Made by a program: the position numbers and the translations under genes
Part shown: positions 53,367-64,000 of the stretch, piece by piece
Numbering within the stretch: the stretch's first letter is position 1
How the letters are laid out: every line of letters starts with the position of its first letter
The notes under the pieces: generated by a model
The model's database searches: none
Told to the model about the DNA's origin: nothing
What the model saw: only the letters and a program-made list of their open reading frames with translations
NCBI RefSeq assembly: GCF_006345805.1
Contig: NC_042999.1
Location: forward strand, 68,820,001-68,884,000
Length of the DNA: 64,000 nt
Direction of reading: 5' to 3'
Source: Octopus sinensis
Lineage: Eukaryota

Positions 53367-54306
53367 ATGTCTCGTGGTTGGACGTGTCCTTTTTGGCGGC
53401 GAGTTAAACGTTTTGTTGAACGTTGGATAATTTTTCTGTTGGAATTGTTGACTGTTTATTGTTGAACATTTTCGAACTGTTGAACATTGTTGAATTGTTA
53501 AACTTTGAAAATTTTTGTGTTTTTTCCCCGGTGACGGGAGAAAGTAATTGTTTGTGTAAAGCCATTTTTGCAGTTGTGAATTGTTGAAATTATAGGCTTT
53601 ATTGTCGTGCCCCTCCCCCACCCCAGCGGGGGTGGGATTTGAACTGTTATCCTCATTAAGAGGAAAAAATATTATAGGTTTCCCGTTTTTTGGGATAATC
53701 AATTTATTAATGTGGGAAAAATTAAATTTTAGCCGTTGTAGGTTTTATTGTGGATTTGAACTGTTGTCTCCGTTGTGAGGAAAAGAAAAAAAATACAAAT
53801 AGGTTTCCCGTTTTTGGGATATCGTATTTTTATTATTGTGTGAAAAATTTAATTTCGACCGTTGTATGCTGTGTTGCTACGTCTCGCCCCCCCCCCCCGT
53901 GGGGGTGGGATTTGAACTGTTGTCCTCGTTGAGAGAAAAAAAAAAAAGTAAAACAATTATAGGTTTCCCGTTTTCTGGGATTAAATTGTGTATAAATTTA
54001 TTTTGTACGAATATGTCGGTCGAAATAATTTCAGAGAAAAATTCACTGGAAGAGCCAGTTAAGAAATTTTTCAGCAGTTACTGCGGTGGCTACTGAAAAC
54101 GTCGAACTACCAAAGGAAAAGCTCTCCCAGCTTTTTGAAAAAATGAAAGAAGAGGGGATTGATATAAAAATATCATCCTCACCTAGTGTTGAAAAATTGA
54201 AAAGAAGGAAAGTTGTTTTCAAAACATACTGTCATTCAGCAAAGAAATTTAAGCACTTTGAGCAGTGCAAAATTGGAAAAATGTCTGGCTCCCATATGGG
54301 AAGACA
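53367..54306 (+). other. Unclassified insert with three iterated units and a frameshifted ORF
   Basis: Three copies of GATTTGAACTGTT...ATAGGTTTCCCGTTTT(T/C)TGGGAT, two preceded by C-run/G-run hairpins. TGTATAAA precedes ATG 54013 (MSVEIISEKNSLEEPVKKFF), continuing after a frameshift as ATENVELPKEKLSQLFEKMKEEGIDIK. Confidence 0.45.
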
Positions 54307-55087
54307 GGATCTTTTCCTTTTGAACGGCACATGTCAACACAATTTCTAGTTAACTAAACACTTTTAAACTTCGTATAGAATGTGTTTATAAAACATTATT
54401 TTTTCTTGGCTTTATTGAGAAAATTCTATATGTTGTAACATATTTCCACTTTAATTTCAAGCATTTCGGCAATTTTAACCAATCGCTGACCTCCATTTGG
54501 GGTGAAAAGATTCCGTGCTGTATGAATATGTCACTCGTTTAAGAAACAGATTGGGTTTATTTACATTTGCGAAGAAAATAAGATACCTTTCCCCCACCCC
54601 TAACCCTAACCCTAACCCTAACTCTAACCCTAAATCTAAAATAGATTGAAATGCAATAGATCGACACTAGGGTTATAATTATGGGTGACAATTTCATACG
54701 TCATCGCTACGGAAAATGGGATTTTTTTCTAGCAGTGTCAAATGAAATTGTCACCCATAATTATAACCCTAGTATCGATCTATTGCATTTCAATCTATTT
54801 TAGATTTAGGGTTAGGGTTAGGGGTTGGGGAAGGGTATCTGTTTCTTAAAGGAGGGACATATTCATTATGCACAGAATGTTATTTACGTCAATGGAGGTA
54901 ATTGATTGGTTAAAATTGCCGAAATGCAAGAAAATTCAAACGAAATATCTTACAAACTATAGAATTTTCTCAGTAAAGCCAAGAGAAAATGATGTTTTAT
55001 AAACACATTCTACCAGTATACGAAGTTTAAAACTTTTTAGTTACCTAGAAATTATGTTACAAAGTGCCGTTCAAAAGGAAAAGATCT
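54307..55087. mobile_element. Second, more degenerate copy of the foldback MITE
   Basis: Same termini, centre and telomeric repeats. The right arm has a deletion, and there is no matching TSD (GGAAGACA vs GCCAGATT). Confidence 0.85.
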
Positions 55088-55194
55088 GCCAGATTTGAAA
55101 CAGAAGTAAAAGCCCAAGAGCACTCAGTAACTCCCCTGAAAACGAGTTGTTCGGGAGGGTCGGGGCGCTGGATCATAGTGAGGCCCCATATATA

Positions 55195-55410
55195 TGGCTG
55201 TGTGTGTATGTGTGTGCGTGTGGGCGTGTGTGTGTCTTTGTGTCTGTATCTGTCCCCCACCACTACTTGGCAGTCGGTGTTGGTGTGTTTACGTCCCCGT
55301 AATTTAGTGGTTCGGCAAAACAGACCGATAGAATGAGTACCAAGCTTAAAATTCTTCAAGGCGGTGCCCCAGCATGGTCGCAGTCTAATGCCTGAAACAA
55401 GTAAAAGGTG
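55195..55410 (+). mobile_element. SINE-B 3' half (a matching 28-bp head lies at 53338-53365)
   Basis: GTGTTTACGTCCCCGTAATTTAGTGGTTCGGCAAAA...CATGGTCGCAGTCTAATGCCTGAAACAAGTAAAAG. Confidence 0.85.
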
Positions 55411-55439
55411 AAAGATGAAAGATACATGTTAGTGGAATG

Positions 55440-56195
55440 TTGTTGATGTTGTTGCTATTGATGGTGCTGTTGTTAATTGTCGATGCTGTCACTGCTAGCA
55501 TGGATATTTATATTAACGTTCGTGCTCGTCGCCGTCGTCGTTGTCGTCGCTGTCATCGTTGTCATCGTTGTCGTCGTCGTCGTCGACATCATTGTCGTCG
55601 TTGCAGTCGTCGTCGTCGTCGTTATCATCGTTATCATCATCGACGTCGTCGTCATCATCGTTGTCATCATCGACGTCGTCGCTGTCATCGTCGCCGTTGT
55701 TGTCATCGTTGTTGTCATTATCGTCGTCGTCGTCGCCATCGTCGTCATCGTCGCTATCATCGTCGTCGTAGCTGTCATCGTTATCGTCGTCATCGTCGTC
55801 GCTGTCATCGTCGTCATCGTCGTCGCTGTCATCGTCGTCATCGTTGTCATCGTCGCCGTTGTCGCCATCGTTGTCGTTATCGTCGTCATCGTTGTCGACT
55901 TGGTTGTCGTCGCCGTCGACATCGTCACCGTCGTCGTCGTCGGTCTCATCGTTTTCATCGTCGCCGTTGTCGTCATTGTTGTCGTCGTTATCGTCGTCGT
56001 CGTCGCTGTCATCGTTGTCATCGTCGCCGTTGTCGTTATCGTCGTCGTCGTCGTCGCTGTCATTGTCATCACCGTTGTCATCGTCACCGTTGTCTCATCG
56101 TCGTCATCGTTGTCGACGTCGTTGTCGTCGCCGTCGACATCGTCCCCGTCGACATCGTCCCCGTCGTTGTCGTCGCTGTCATCGTTGTTGTTTTA
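55440..56195. repeat. Cryptic (GTC/ATC/GTT)n trinucleotide tract
   Basis: Directly visible. It is open in several frames, giving poly-R/H, poly-V/I and poly-T/M ORFs. Confidence 0.9.
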
Positions 56196-56827
56196 GTATA
56201 GCCCCGGGTCAGCTCTGAACGAGCAAACCTATGATCAAAAGTAGTCGTTATGATCGCTTGCTATTGTTTAACAGGCCCCGGGTTAGCTATTATCAAAGAA
56301 AGACCTTTCAACCGTGACCAATCCGTCTGTTTTTCTCTCATAATGTTTCTAAGACTACCATTATCCATTGTGCCCCTGCATTATTTATTTATTCATTTAT
56401 TCATTTATTTATTTATCGATATGATAGGGGGTGAATTGAAACAGAAATGGTGCTTCTTAAAGTGTAACGCCGTGTTGTATGGCACAAAGAGGGGTGTGAC
56501 ATGAGGAGGCCTGGGTGTTGTGTTCTCAAAATGGTGGATTATATAACGGATGATTGTATAATGTGATTCATATAATGGATGCGTGATGATGTTTTCGTTA
56601 TGGTGTTCAGTGATGTGATGTTTGATATGGTGTGATGTATTGAACTGCTTAGTGTGACTGCGTGACGACGCGGTGTTGGACTTTTGTATGCCGTATCGTA
56701 AGCTTGGCGTGGCCGTTGTGCTTTTAGGGTGTGGCCTGGCCTTGCCTGGCCTAGCCTGTGTGATTAGTATTGTGGGTGATGGTATAGCGTGGTGATGCTG
56801 ATGGTTGGCGTATTGATGGTAGTGGTG

Positions 56828-57045
56828 GCGAGGGCTGGCAGAATCGTTAGCACGCCGGGCGAAATGCTTAGCGGTATTTCGTCTGCCGCTACGTTCTGAG
56901 TTCAAATTCAGCCGAGGTCGACTTTGCCTTTCATCCTCTCAGGGTCGATTAAATAAGTACCAGTTACGCACTGGAGTCGATATAATCGACTTAATCCGTT
57001 TGTCTGTCCTTGTTTGTCCCCTCTGTGTGTAGTAAAGAAATAGGT
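56828..57045 (+). mobile_element. SINE-A, first-monomer type
   Basis: GGCGAGGGCTGGCAGAATCGTTAGCACGCCGGGCG...TTAATCCGTTTGTCTGTCCTTG...AGTAAAGAAATAGG. Confidence 0.9.
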
Positions 57046-57149
57046 AGTGGTGGTGGTGATGTTGGCGGCGGTGCTTTTCGTATGGTGTTTGGTGCATGGT
57101 AAAAATAACGGTGGCATTAGTTTAGCGTTTGGTACGGTGTACTCTGGCG

Positions 57150-59560
57150 TGGTATGATGCAATATAATCGGGGTGGGTGGGATGGTAGTGTAATGGTACT
57201 GGTGATGACAATAATTTTGGTGATAGTAGTCGTGGTGGTGGTGGTGATGGTGGTGGTGGATATGGTAGTGGTGGGGGTAATGGTAGTAGTAGTGGTGGTG
57301 GTGATGATCGTGGTCGTGGTGGTGGTGATGGTATTGGTGCTGATAGTGGTTGTAGTGGTTGATTGTAGTGGTGGTGTTGGTGGTAATGGAAGCGGTGGTG
57401 TTGATGGTAGTGGTGGTGGTGGTGGTCCTGGTGATCTGGTGTTAGTAATAGTGGTGTTGTTTGCAGTGGCAGTGGTGGTGGTGGTGGTATTCAGGGTTGT
57501 GGTGGTGGCCTTTAGTTATATTGTCAGTCGTAGTACATTGTATGTGAAGTGTTGGCGGTAGTGTTTTATTCTGTGTAATGTGGCACAGTGTGGTGCAACT
57601 AGCTAGAAGTATTAGTTGTAAGAAGGTAGTGGTGGCGATGGTGGTGGCGGTAGTGATGGTAGTGTTGGTGGGGGTTGTCGTTGTGGTGGTGGTGGTTGTG
57701 GTGATGTTAGTGTTACTGTTAGTTGTCGTTGTTGTGGTAGTGGAGGTGATGGTGATGGTGGTGGAGATGGTAGTGGTGGTTGTGGTAGTGTTGGTAGTGG
57801 ATGTGTTTGTGGTGAGGGTGGTGGAGATGGTAGCGCTGGTGGTGGTAGTGATGGTAGTGCTGGTGGTGGTTGTCGGTGTAGTGTTGGTGATAGTAGTTCT
57901 GGTGGTGGTGGTGGTGGTGATGGTGGTGGTGGTGGAGATGGTAGTGGTGATGGTGGTGGTGGTGGTGGTGGTGATGGTGGTGGTGGTGGTGGTATTCAGG
58001 GTTGGTGGTGGTGGTGGATGTAGGAATGGTTGTGGTTGTAGCGATGGTTGTGGTGGTTGTCGCTCTGCTAGTGCCGGTGGCGGTGGTTGTGGTGGCGGTG
58101 GTGTGGTGGTGGTGGTGGTGATGGTGGTGGTGGTGGAGATGGTAGTGGTGATGTTAGTGATGGTAGTGTTGGTGATGGTGGTTCTGGTCGTGGTTTTGGT
58201 GGTGGTGGTGGTGGATGTAGGAATGGTTGTGGTTGTAGCGATGGTTGTGGTGGTTGTCGCTCTGCTAGTGCCGGTGGCGGTGGTTGTGGTGGCGGTGGTG
58301 GTGGTGGTGGTGATGGTGATGGTGGTGGTTATGGCGTCGTGTTAGTGTTGTTGTTCTTGTTGTAGTACGTGTGGTGGTACTTGTGGTGACGGTCGTGAAC
58401 AAAGTCATCATGGCGGCGGTGGTGGCGAAGAGGTGGTGGTTGAAGTGATGCTGGTGGCGATGGCGGTAATAATAGATAATGATGCTGATACTGATGACGA
58501 TGATGATAGTCCGCGTGGTGGCGGCAGTTGACAGTCATGGATAATTTCAGTGGAGGGGAGTCGGTAGAACGGAGGGTCGGTGGGCGTGTTGTTGGTGAAA
58601 GAGGGTGGTGGGGCAAGCAAGGGGTGGGGTTTGGGAGAAAGACGGTGAGAAGAAAGTATATTAGGGCAACGAAGAAAAAACGTAAATGGCTTGGGAAGTG
58701 TTTGGCTACGATAGATTTGCCTGGTTCGCTCGTTCATTCACGGTCTTTTGCGCACCCCCTCCGTCAACCCCCGACCCCCCCCCGCACCCGCTAACCACCC
58801 TTCATGCTGTTCTATTTATGTTTATTTCATGCTCTTTTCTATTGTTGTTTAATGAAACAGAAAGAATAATGAGCTGCTGGGGCCCTCGACTGGCAATCAA
58901 ACTGGTACAACTGCAAGACAATAAGCGAAAAATAAATAAATTAAGAGATAAACACATAAAAGTCAAAATTGAAAACAGAATATGTGTGTGCGTGTGTGTG
59001 TGTATGTATGTATGTATGTATGTATGTATGAGTGTGTGTGTGTGAACGAGTGTGTGTATGAATGTACGTATGTACATATGCACGCATGTATGTACGTACG
59101 TACGTATGTATGTATTGTGTGTATATGTGTGTGTATGAAGGAGTGTGTATGTATGTATGTACGTACGTACATATGTACGCATGTATGTACGTACGTACTT
59201 ATGTACGCATGTATGTACGTACGTAAGTACGTATGAATGTATGTATGTATGCATGTATTATGTACGTGATTATGCATGTACGTATGCATGTATGTATGTG
59301 TGAGTGTGTGAGCGAGAATGTGTATGTATGTATGTATGTATGTATGTATGTACGTATGTACATATGTACGCATGTATGTACGCATGTATGTACGTACGTA
59401 CGTATGTTTGTATGTATGTATGTATGTATGTATACTTGCATGCTTGTATTATGTACGTGATTATGCATGTACGTATACATGCATGAATGTATGTGTGTGT
59501 ATAAGTACTTACGTACATGCGCATTTGTATCTATGTATATAAGGAAATAAGGAAACATAC
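57150..59560. repeat. (GGT)n and (ATGT/ACGT)n low-complexity tracts with local duplications
   Basis: Directly visible. A block of about 95 bp is duplicated at about 58005 and 58200. Confidence 0.9.
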
Positions 59561-59934
59561 ACACACACCCACATATATATATATATATATATATATGCAT
59601 GTACGTGTGTGTGCGTGTGTGTGAGAAAGAAGAGATGTTGAATGTATGTGGTGGGAAATGTTCAGAGAAGAAATAGAGAAATGGGGTAAAGGTGATAGGT
59701 AGAGAAAGAATATATATATACATTATATATATATATACATATAAATATATATGCTTATATACAAACATATATACATATGTACGTGCATAGATACAAGCAT
59801 CGTACATACATACATACATACATACATACATACATACATGCACTCGCGCACATTACTTGCATGCATCATTCATACACATTTATATGAATACCTGTAAGTC
59901 TGATATATATATATATAGTGACGTATTTTTGCCA

Positions 59935-60170
59935 TTTCAATATGGCTAACCCCTAAGGGTGGATGCTACTGTAGTTTTTAGCCCCAGGAGGACACACTCC
60001 TCCAGCTGGCCATAGACACACTTTCTGTGTCCTGTCAGTATTTGCAAAGGGAAGTCATCCTTCCCGTCTTCAACTTATGATACACACGGACTCGAGTTTC
60101 GAGGTATTGACCTTTCGTCAGCGTGTGACAATCATAGTTGTCGGCGAGAATTAGATTCCTTCACAAATAC
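59935..60170 (-). mobile_element. Hammerhead-bearing element related to those at 28433 and 33138
   Basis: Hammerhead followed by three hairpins, CAGCTG and TGGGGCTA, ending in (TA)n. Confidence 0.75.
60083..60127 (-). ncRNA. Minimal type I hammerhead ribozyme with canonical core
   Basis: CACACG-CTGACGA-AAGGT(CAAT)ACCTC-GAAA-CTCGAG-TC-CGTGTG: 6-bp stem I, palindromic ACTCGAGT stem III, GUC site. The first stem II pair is A.C. Confidence 0.85.
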
Positions 60171-60239
60171 TTATACTTTTTCCAGCGTCCACTGTCGCTG
60201 ATATTGAAAAAGTGAAATCAAACAATGATAAATATCAAA

Positions 60240-60304
<65 letters not shown>

Positions 60305-60587
60305 TATGTAAAAGCTTAGCTTTATATATATATATGTAAATATATAAACTTACATTCATATATACACACACACACATACGACGGGTTTCTTTCAGTTTCT
60401 TTCTACTAAATCTACTCACAAACTGTGGTCAGCCCGGGGCAATAGTAGAAGGTATTTGTCCAAGGTGTGTTGTGATACTGAATACGTACATAATGTTGCA
60501 GATATGCGGTTGTATATGTTTATGTGTATATGTTCTTTTTTGTGTGTACGTCGGTATGCATGTCTGTGTGGTTAAGGATGTTAAGGG

Positions 60588-60673
<86 letters not shown>

Positions 60674-60889
60674 ATTATATGTAAAAGGGTGACTAATTCT
60701 GCGTTTAGAAGTATCTGAAACCGCGTCCTGGAATCTTTCAGGTTTTGGTTCACCTTATTACTTTTCTTCTCTCACGCAAATAAAATACTTGAGTCAGCCA
60801 CAAGCAAAACAGCTTCTCATATCCTTTACCCTTGCTGTTGCCCTCTGTACAAGACGAACGTCTCCTCCACATGAGAGTGCTTACTTTAC

Positions 60890-61150
60890 CTACTTAAGCC
60901 CATCGTTCCCCATGGATCGTAGTCCATCGACAAATTGTCTTTACCGTTCTCAAATCTGGACTATCTATCATCAATTCTTCTGCTACTTTGCTTTTTTCTA
61001 GGTAAGAGGTGTTGGCCCTACGAAAAATCCATTTTTACCGTTGAGAAGAGATGGTCATATTAGTCTGGCCTCTATCTTTTGACCAGTCCAGCATGGGAGG
61101 TCCTATCAGAGACTTGTGCTCCGCTTGTATAGGTCATTGAGACAGGCAAG
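60890..61150 (-). mobile_element. Internally deleted RTE-like element (5' UTR joined near 3' end)
   Basis: Minus strand CTTGCCTGTCTCAATGACCTATA...CCTCCCATGCTGGACTGGTCAAAAGATAGAGGCCAGACTAA resembles RTE 5' UTRs. Confidence 0.45.
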
Positions 61151-61809
61151 CAACCACATTGCAAGAAGGACTGAACATTGTGGTAGCCATTTAAGTACTA
61201 CTGATAATATGCTTGGTTAAAGCATAAGCATCACAGCTCCTTCTATCCGTTGCATTCGCTGTTGCTTTCTGTACAAGACGCAGGCCTTCTTCTTATTAGA
61301 GTATATACCTCGATAAAACACTTGGATAAGGCATGAGCGTTGCAGCATCCGAAATCTTTTCTCTTTTCTGTTGCTTTTACGTCTTCACATTAAAGAACCA
61401 GTTATAGACTAGGCAAAGTGTGGCTGATATGCGCACAGACATTATATTTAAGTAACAAACCATAAAGAAGTGAGGAGGCTATGCGACTGAATGACAACAA
61501 GCAGAAACGGTACAATTTGTGCCCATTGATGTGATGTGATGAGTCGTTCGACTGTATTTCCTACTTCCTGCGATGTTATCTGCTCCCTCGAACTAAGAAA
61601 CCATTCATAATAATGCAGTGAGGGTGTAACGGAAAGACCGATGATATTTGTTGCAAACCGCACAGCCATCAAACAGATTCCCGTGTGTGCAGAACGGTGT
61701 TCGATTTTTCGATTTCCAATGAGAATAGACTTATTTCTCATTGATTGTTAAAGCTCTTTCTGCTCTTTCGAAAGGAATAAACGCCACTCAGTGACGGTTA
61801 TTTTATATA

Positions 61810-62021
61810 TGTATGTGTGCATGTTTTACCTTTTACTCGCTTCGGTCATTGGACTGCAGCCATGGTGGGGCATCACCTTCAAATATTCAGACGGCCAGAT
61901 CTACCCAAGAAGGTGCTTGTATTAAAATCGAATACTAATGATATCAATATATTTTGCCGAATAGATAATGTACGAGGATGTAAAAACACCAACTCATATT
62001 GTCAAACCGTAGTGGGGAACA

Positions 62022-62081
<60 letters not shown>

Positions 62082-62404
62082 ACGCATACACACACACACA
62101 CACGCGCGCGCGCGCGCGCGCACGCACGCACGCACAAACACAAACACACACACACAAACGCACGCATATATGTATGTTTGTATAAATATATAGAGAAAGT
62201 GTATGTGTGAGAGAGAGCGGGGCGAGAGAGAAGGTGTGTGTGATAGAAAGCGATAAATAGATACAACGGTTGCCATCTACCAAATCCACTCACTAGATTT
62301 TGGTCGGCCTGGGACTACAGTAGAAGACATTTGCCCAAGGTGCCACATGAGTGCGTGTGTGTGTACATACATACATACATACATTTATATATATGTATAT
62401 TATA

Positions 62405-62468
<64 letters not shown>

Positions 62469-62714
62469 GTATATTATAATGTATGTTCTTTCATTTTTCA
62501 GCCATTTGACTGTGGCCATGCTGGAGCACTGCCTTTAGTCGAAGAAATCGACCCCCACGACTTATTCTTTGTAACCTTAGTACTTATTCTCTTTAGCCGA
62601 AACGTTCATTTACGGAGCCGTAAACATAACAACGTCGGTTGTCAAGCGATGGTGGGGGAACAAACAAAAACACACACGCACACACACTCTTACGGACGCA
62701 CACGCATACACACA

Positions 62715-62759
<45 letters not shown>

Positions 62760-63135
62760 GTATATTATAATGTATGTTCTTTCATTTTTCAGCCATTTGA
62801 CTGTGGCCATGCTGGAGCACTGCCTTTAGTCGAAGAAATCGACCCCCACGACTTATTCTTGGTAACCTTAGTACTTATTCTCTTTAGCCGAAACGTTCAT
62901 TTACGGAGCCGTAAACATAACAACGTCGGTTGTCAAGCGATGGTGGGGGAACAAACAAAAACACACACGCACACACACTCTTACGGACGCACACGCATAC
63001 ACACACACATACATATATACATATAAATATATACACATCAGGCGATGCTATTAAGTTAGACATGGCCTGTACCAGTCTTTGGTCGAATGTTTATACGGCA
63101 GGCTGCCTTCAGTTTCCGCCTGCCAAATCAACTCA
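61810..63135 (-). mobile_element. SINE-B fragments including a tandem duplication of about 290 bp
   Basis: 62468-62710 and 62757-63005 are near-identical (TTTGTA vs TTGGTA difference seen). Confidence 0.85.
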
Positions 63136-63149
63136 CATGGTTATATATT

Positions 63150-63150
63150 A

Positions 63151-63187
<37 letters not shown>

Positions 63188-64000
63188 CTAGTTTCAGCTT
63201 ATGAGCTGTGGCCATGCTGGTGCACCGCTATTTGGTGTTGCTACTTGGTTTCACTTCATGGAGGCTTTCTAGCAACTGCTATTTGGTGCATGAGAGAGTT
63301 CGATGCAGCTGCCCTCATCTGCCCCTCCTGCCGTGAAGTTGGTTCATCTGGGACACCTGACAGGAAGAGATCCAGCTTCATTTTAAAGACATCTGTATCC
63401 ACCCCATGCAGGTCTCTCAGGTTCTTCGGGAGGATATTGAAGAGCTGTGGGCCTCGGAAGCCCAGGCTATCACAGAATCTTGTCCTACATCTTGATGGCA
63501 AGTTTGGAGTCCTAGGCACCACGCAGTGGCGCCCAGTTCTGGCATTTGCGTAACTCTCGATGCCAAAGTTCAGAACACTTCCCTCCAGGATCTTCAGATG
63601 TATATTATGGCATATCTTTCCCGCCTACGCTCCAGGGAATATAATTTTAATCTCTTGAGTCTTTCCCAGTAGCTTACATTCTGCATAGAGGCTATCTTCT
63701 TTGTGTAGCTTCGTTGGATCGCCTCAAGTTCTGTGATCAACTTGACACTGGATGGTGACCATAGCTGAGAGCAATAGTCAAAGTGGCTTAGGACAAGTGT
63801 CTTCCAGAGGACCATCATTCTCTTGTTCTAAAGGTTCTAAGAATCCATCCAGCCAGCCGTCCTCTACATTTCATTGTCAGTTTAGCAACATGTACATGAA
63901 AGGTCGCGTCATCACTCATGTGAATACCAGGTCACGCACTGATTGTGCCTCTGGGATTGCAATCCCCCCGGTCCAGTGTATTCATTGGGTATTGCATTCA
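63150..64000 (-). mobile_element. CR1-group LINE 3' region, running off the window end
   Basis: VRDLGIHMSDDATF...WKTLVLSHFDYCSQLWSP...LEAIQRSYTKKI...SYWERLKRLKLYSLERRRER...FKMKLDLFLSGVPDEP, with stops and frameshifts. (TCAA)n tail at 63150-63185. Confidence 0.92.

Noticed and set aside
61615-61700. PMIFVANRTAIKQIP resembling the start of an LDL-receptor YWTD propeller
   Set aside because: The splice acceptor is weak, there is no good donor, no YWTD follows, and the match is too short to support.

Overview
AT-rich, microsatellite-saturated eukaryotic DNA with one 100-N scaffold gap (19416-19515). The two dominant tRNA-headed SINE families and the repeat landscape match what I recall of octopod (Octopus) genomes; this is an inference, not a database result. 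No intact host protein-coding gene can be supported. Nearly all long ORFs in the track are translations of (TA)n, (TG)n, (ATGT)n, (CT)n or trinucleotide tracts, and the rest are transposon relics. The relics are SINEs, RTE, CR1-group, L1/Tx1-like and R4/Dong-like LINE fragments, Penelope-like elements (PLEs), three mariners, a pogo/Tigger relic, two Helitrons and two copies of a fully palindromic MITE carrying telomeric repeats. Four signals stand out. (1) Three divergent type I hammerhead ribozymes (28433, 33138, 60083) are each followed by the same co-varying three-hairpin module. (2) PLE-associated hammerheads carry compensatory U3-A8 and G3-C8 variants of the catalytic C3-G8 pair. (3) The TTAGGG-bearing foldback element has an 8-bp TSD (Merlin-like). 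(4) An unclassified insert of about 0.9 kb has iterated hairpin/B-box units and a broken ORF. All coordinates were read by eye, and relic boundaries are approximate.
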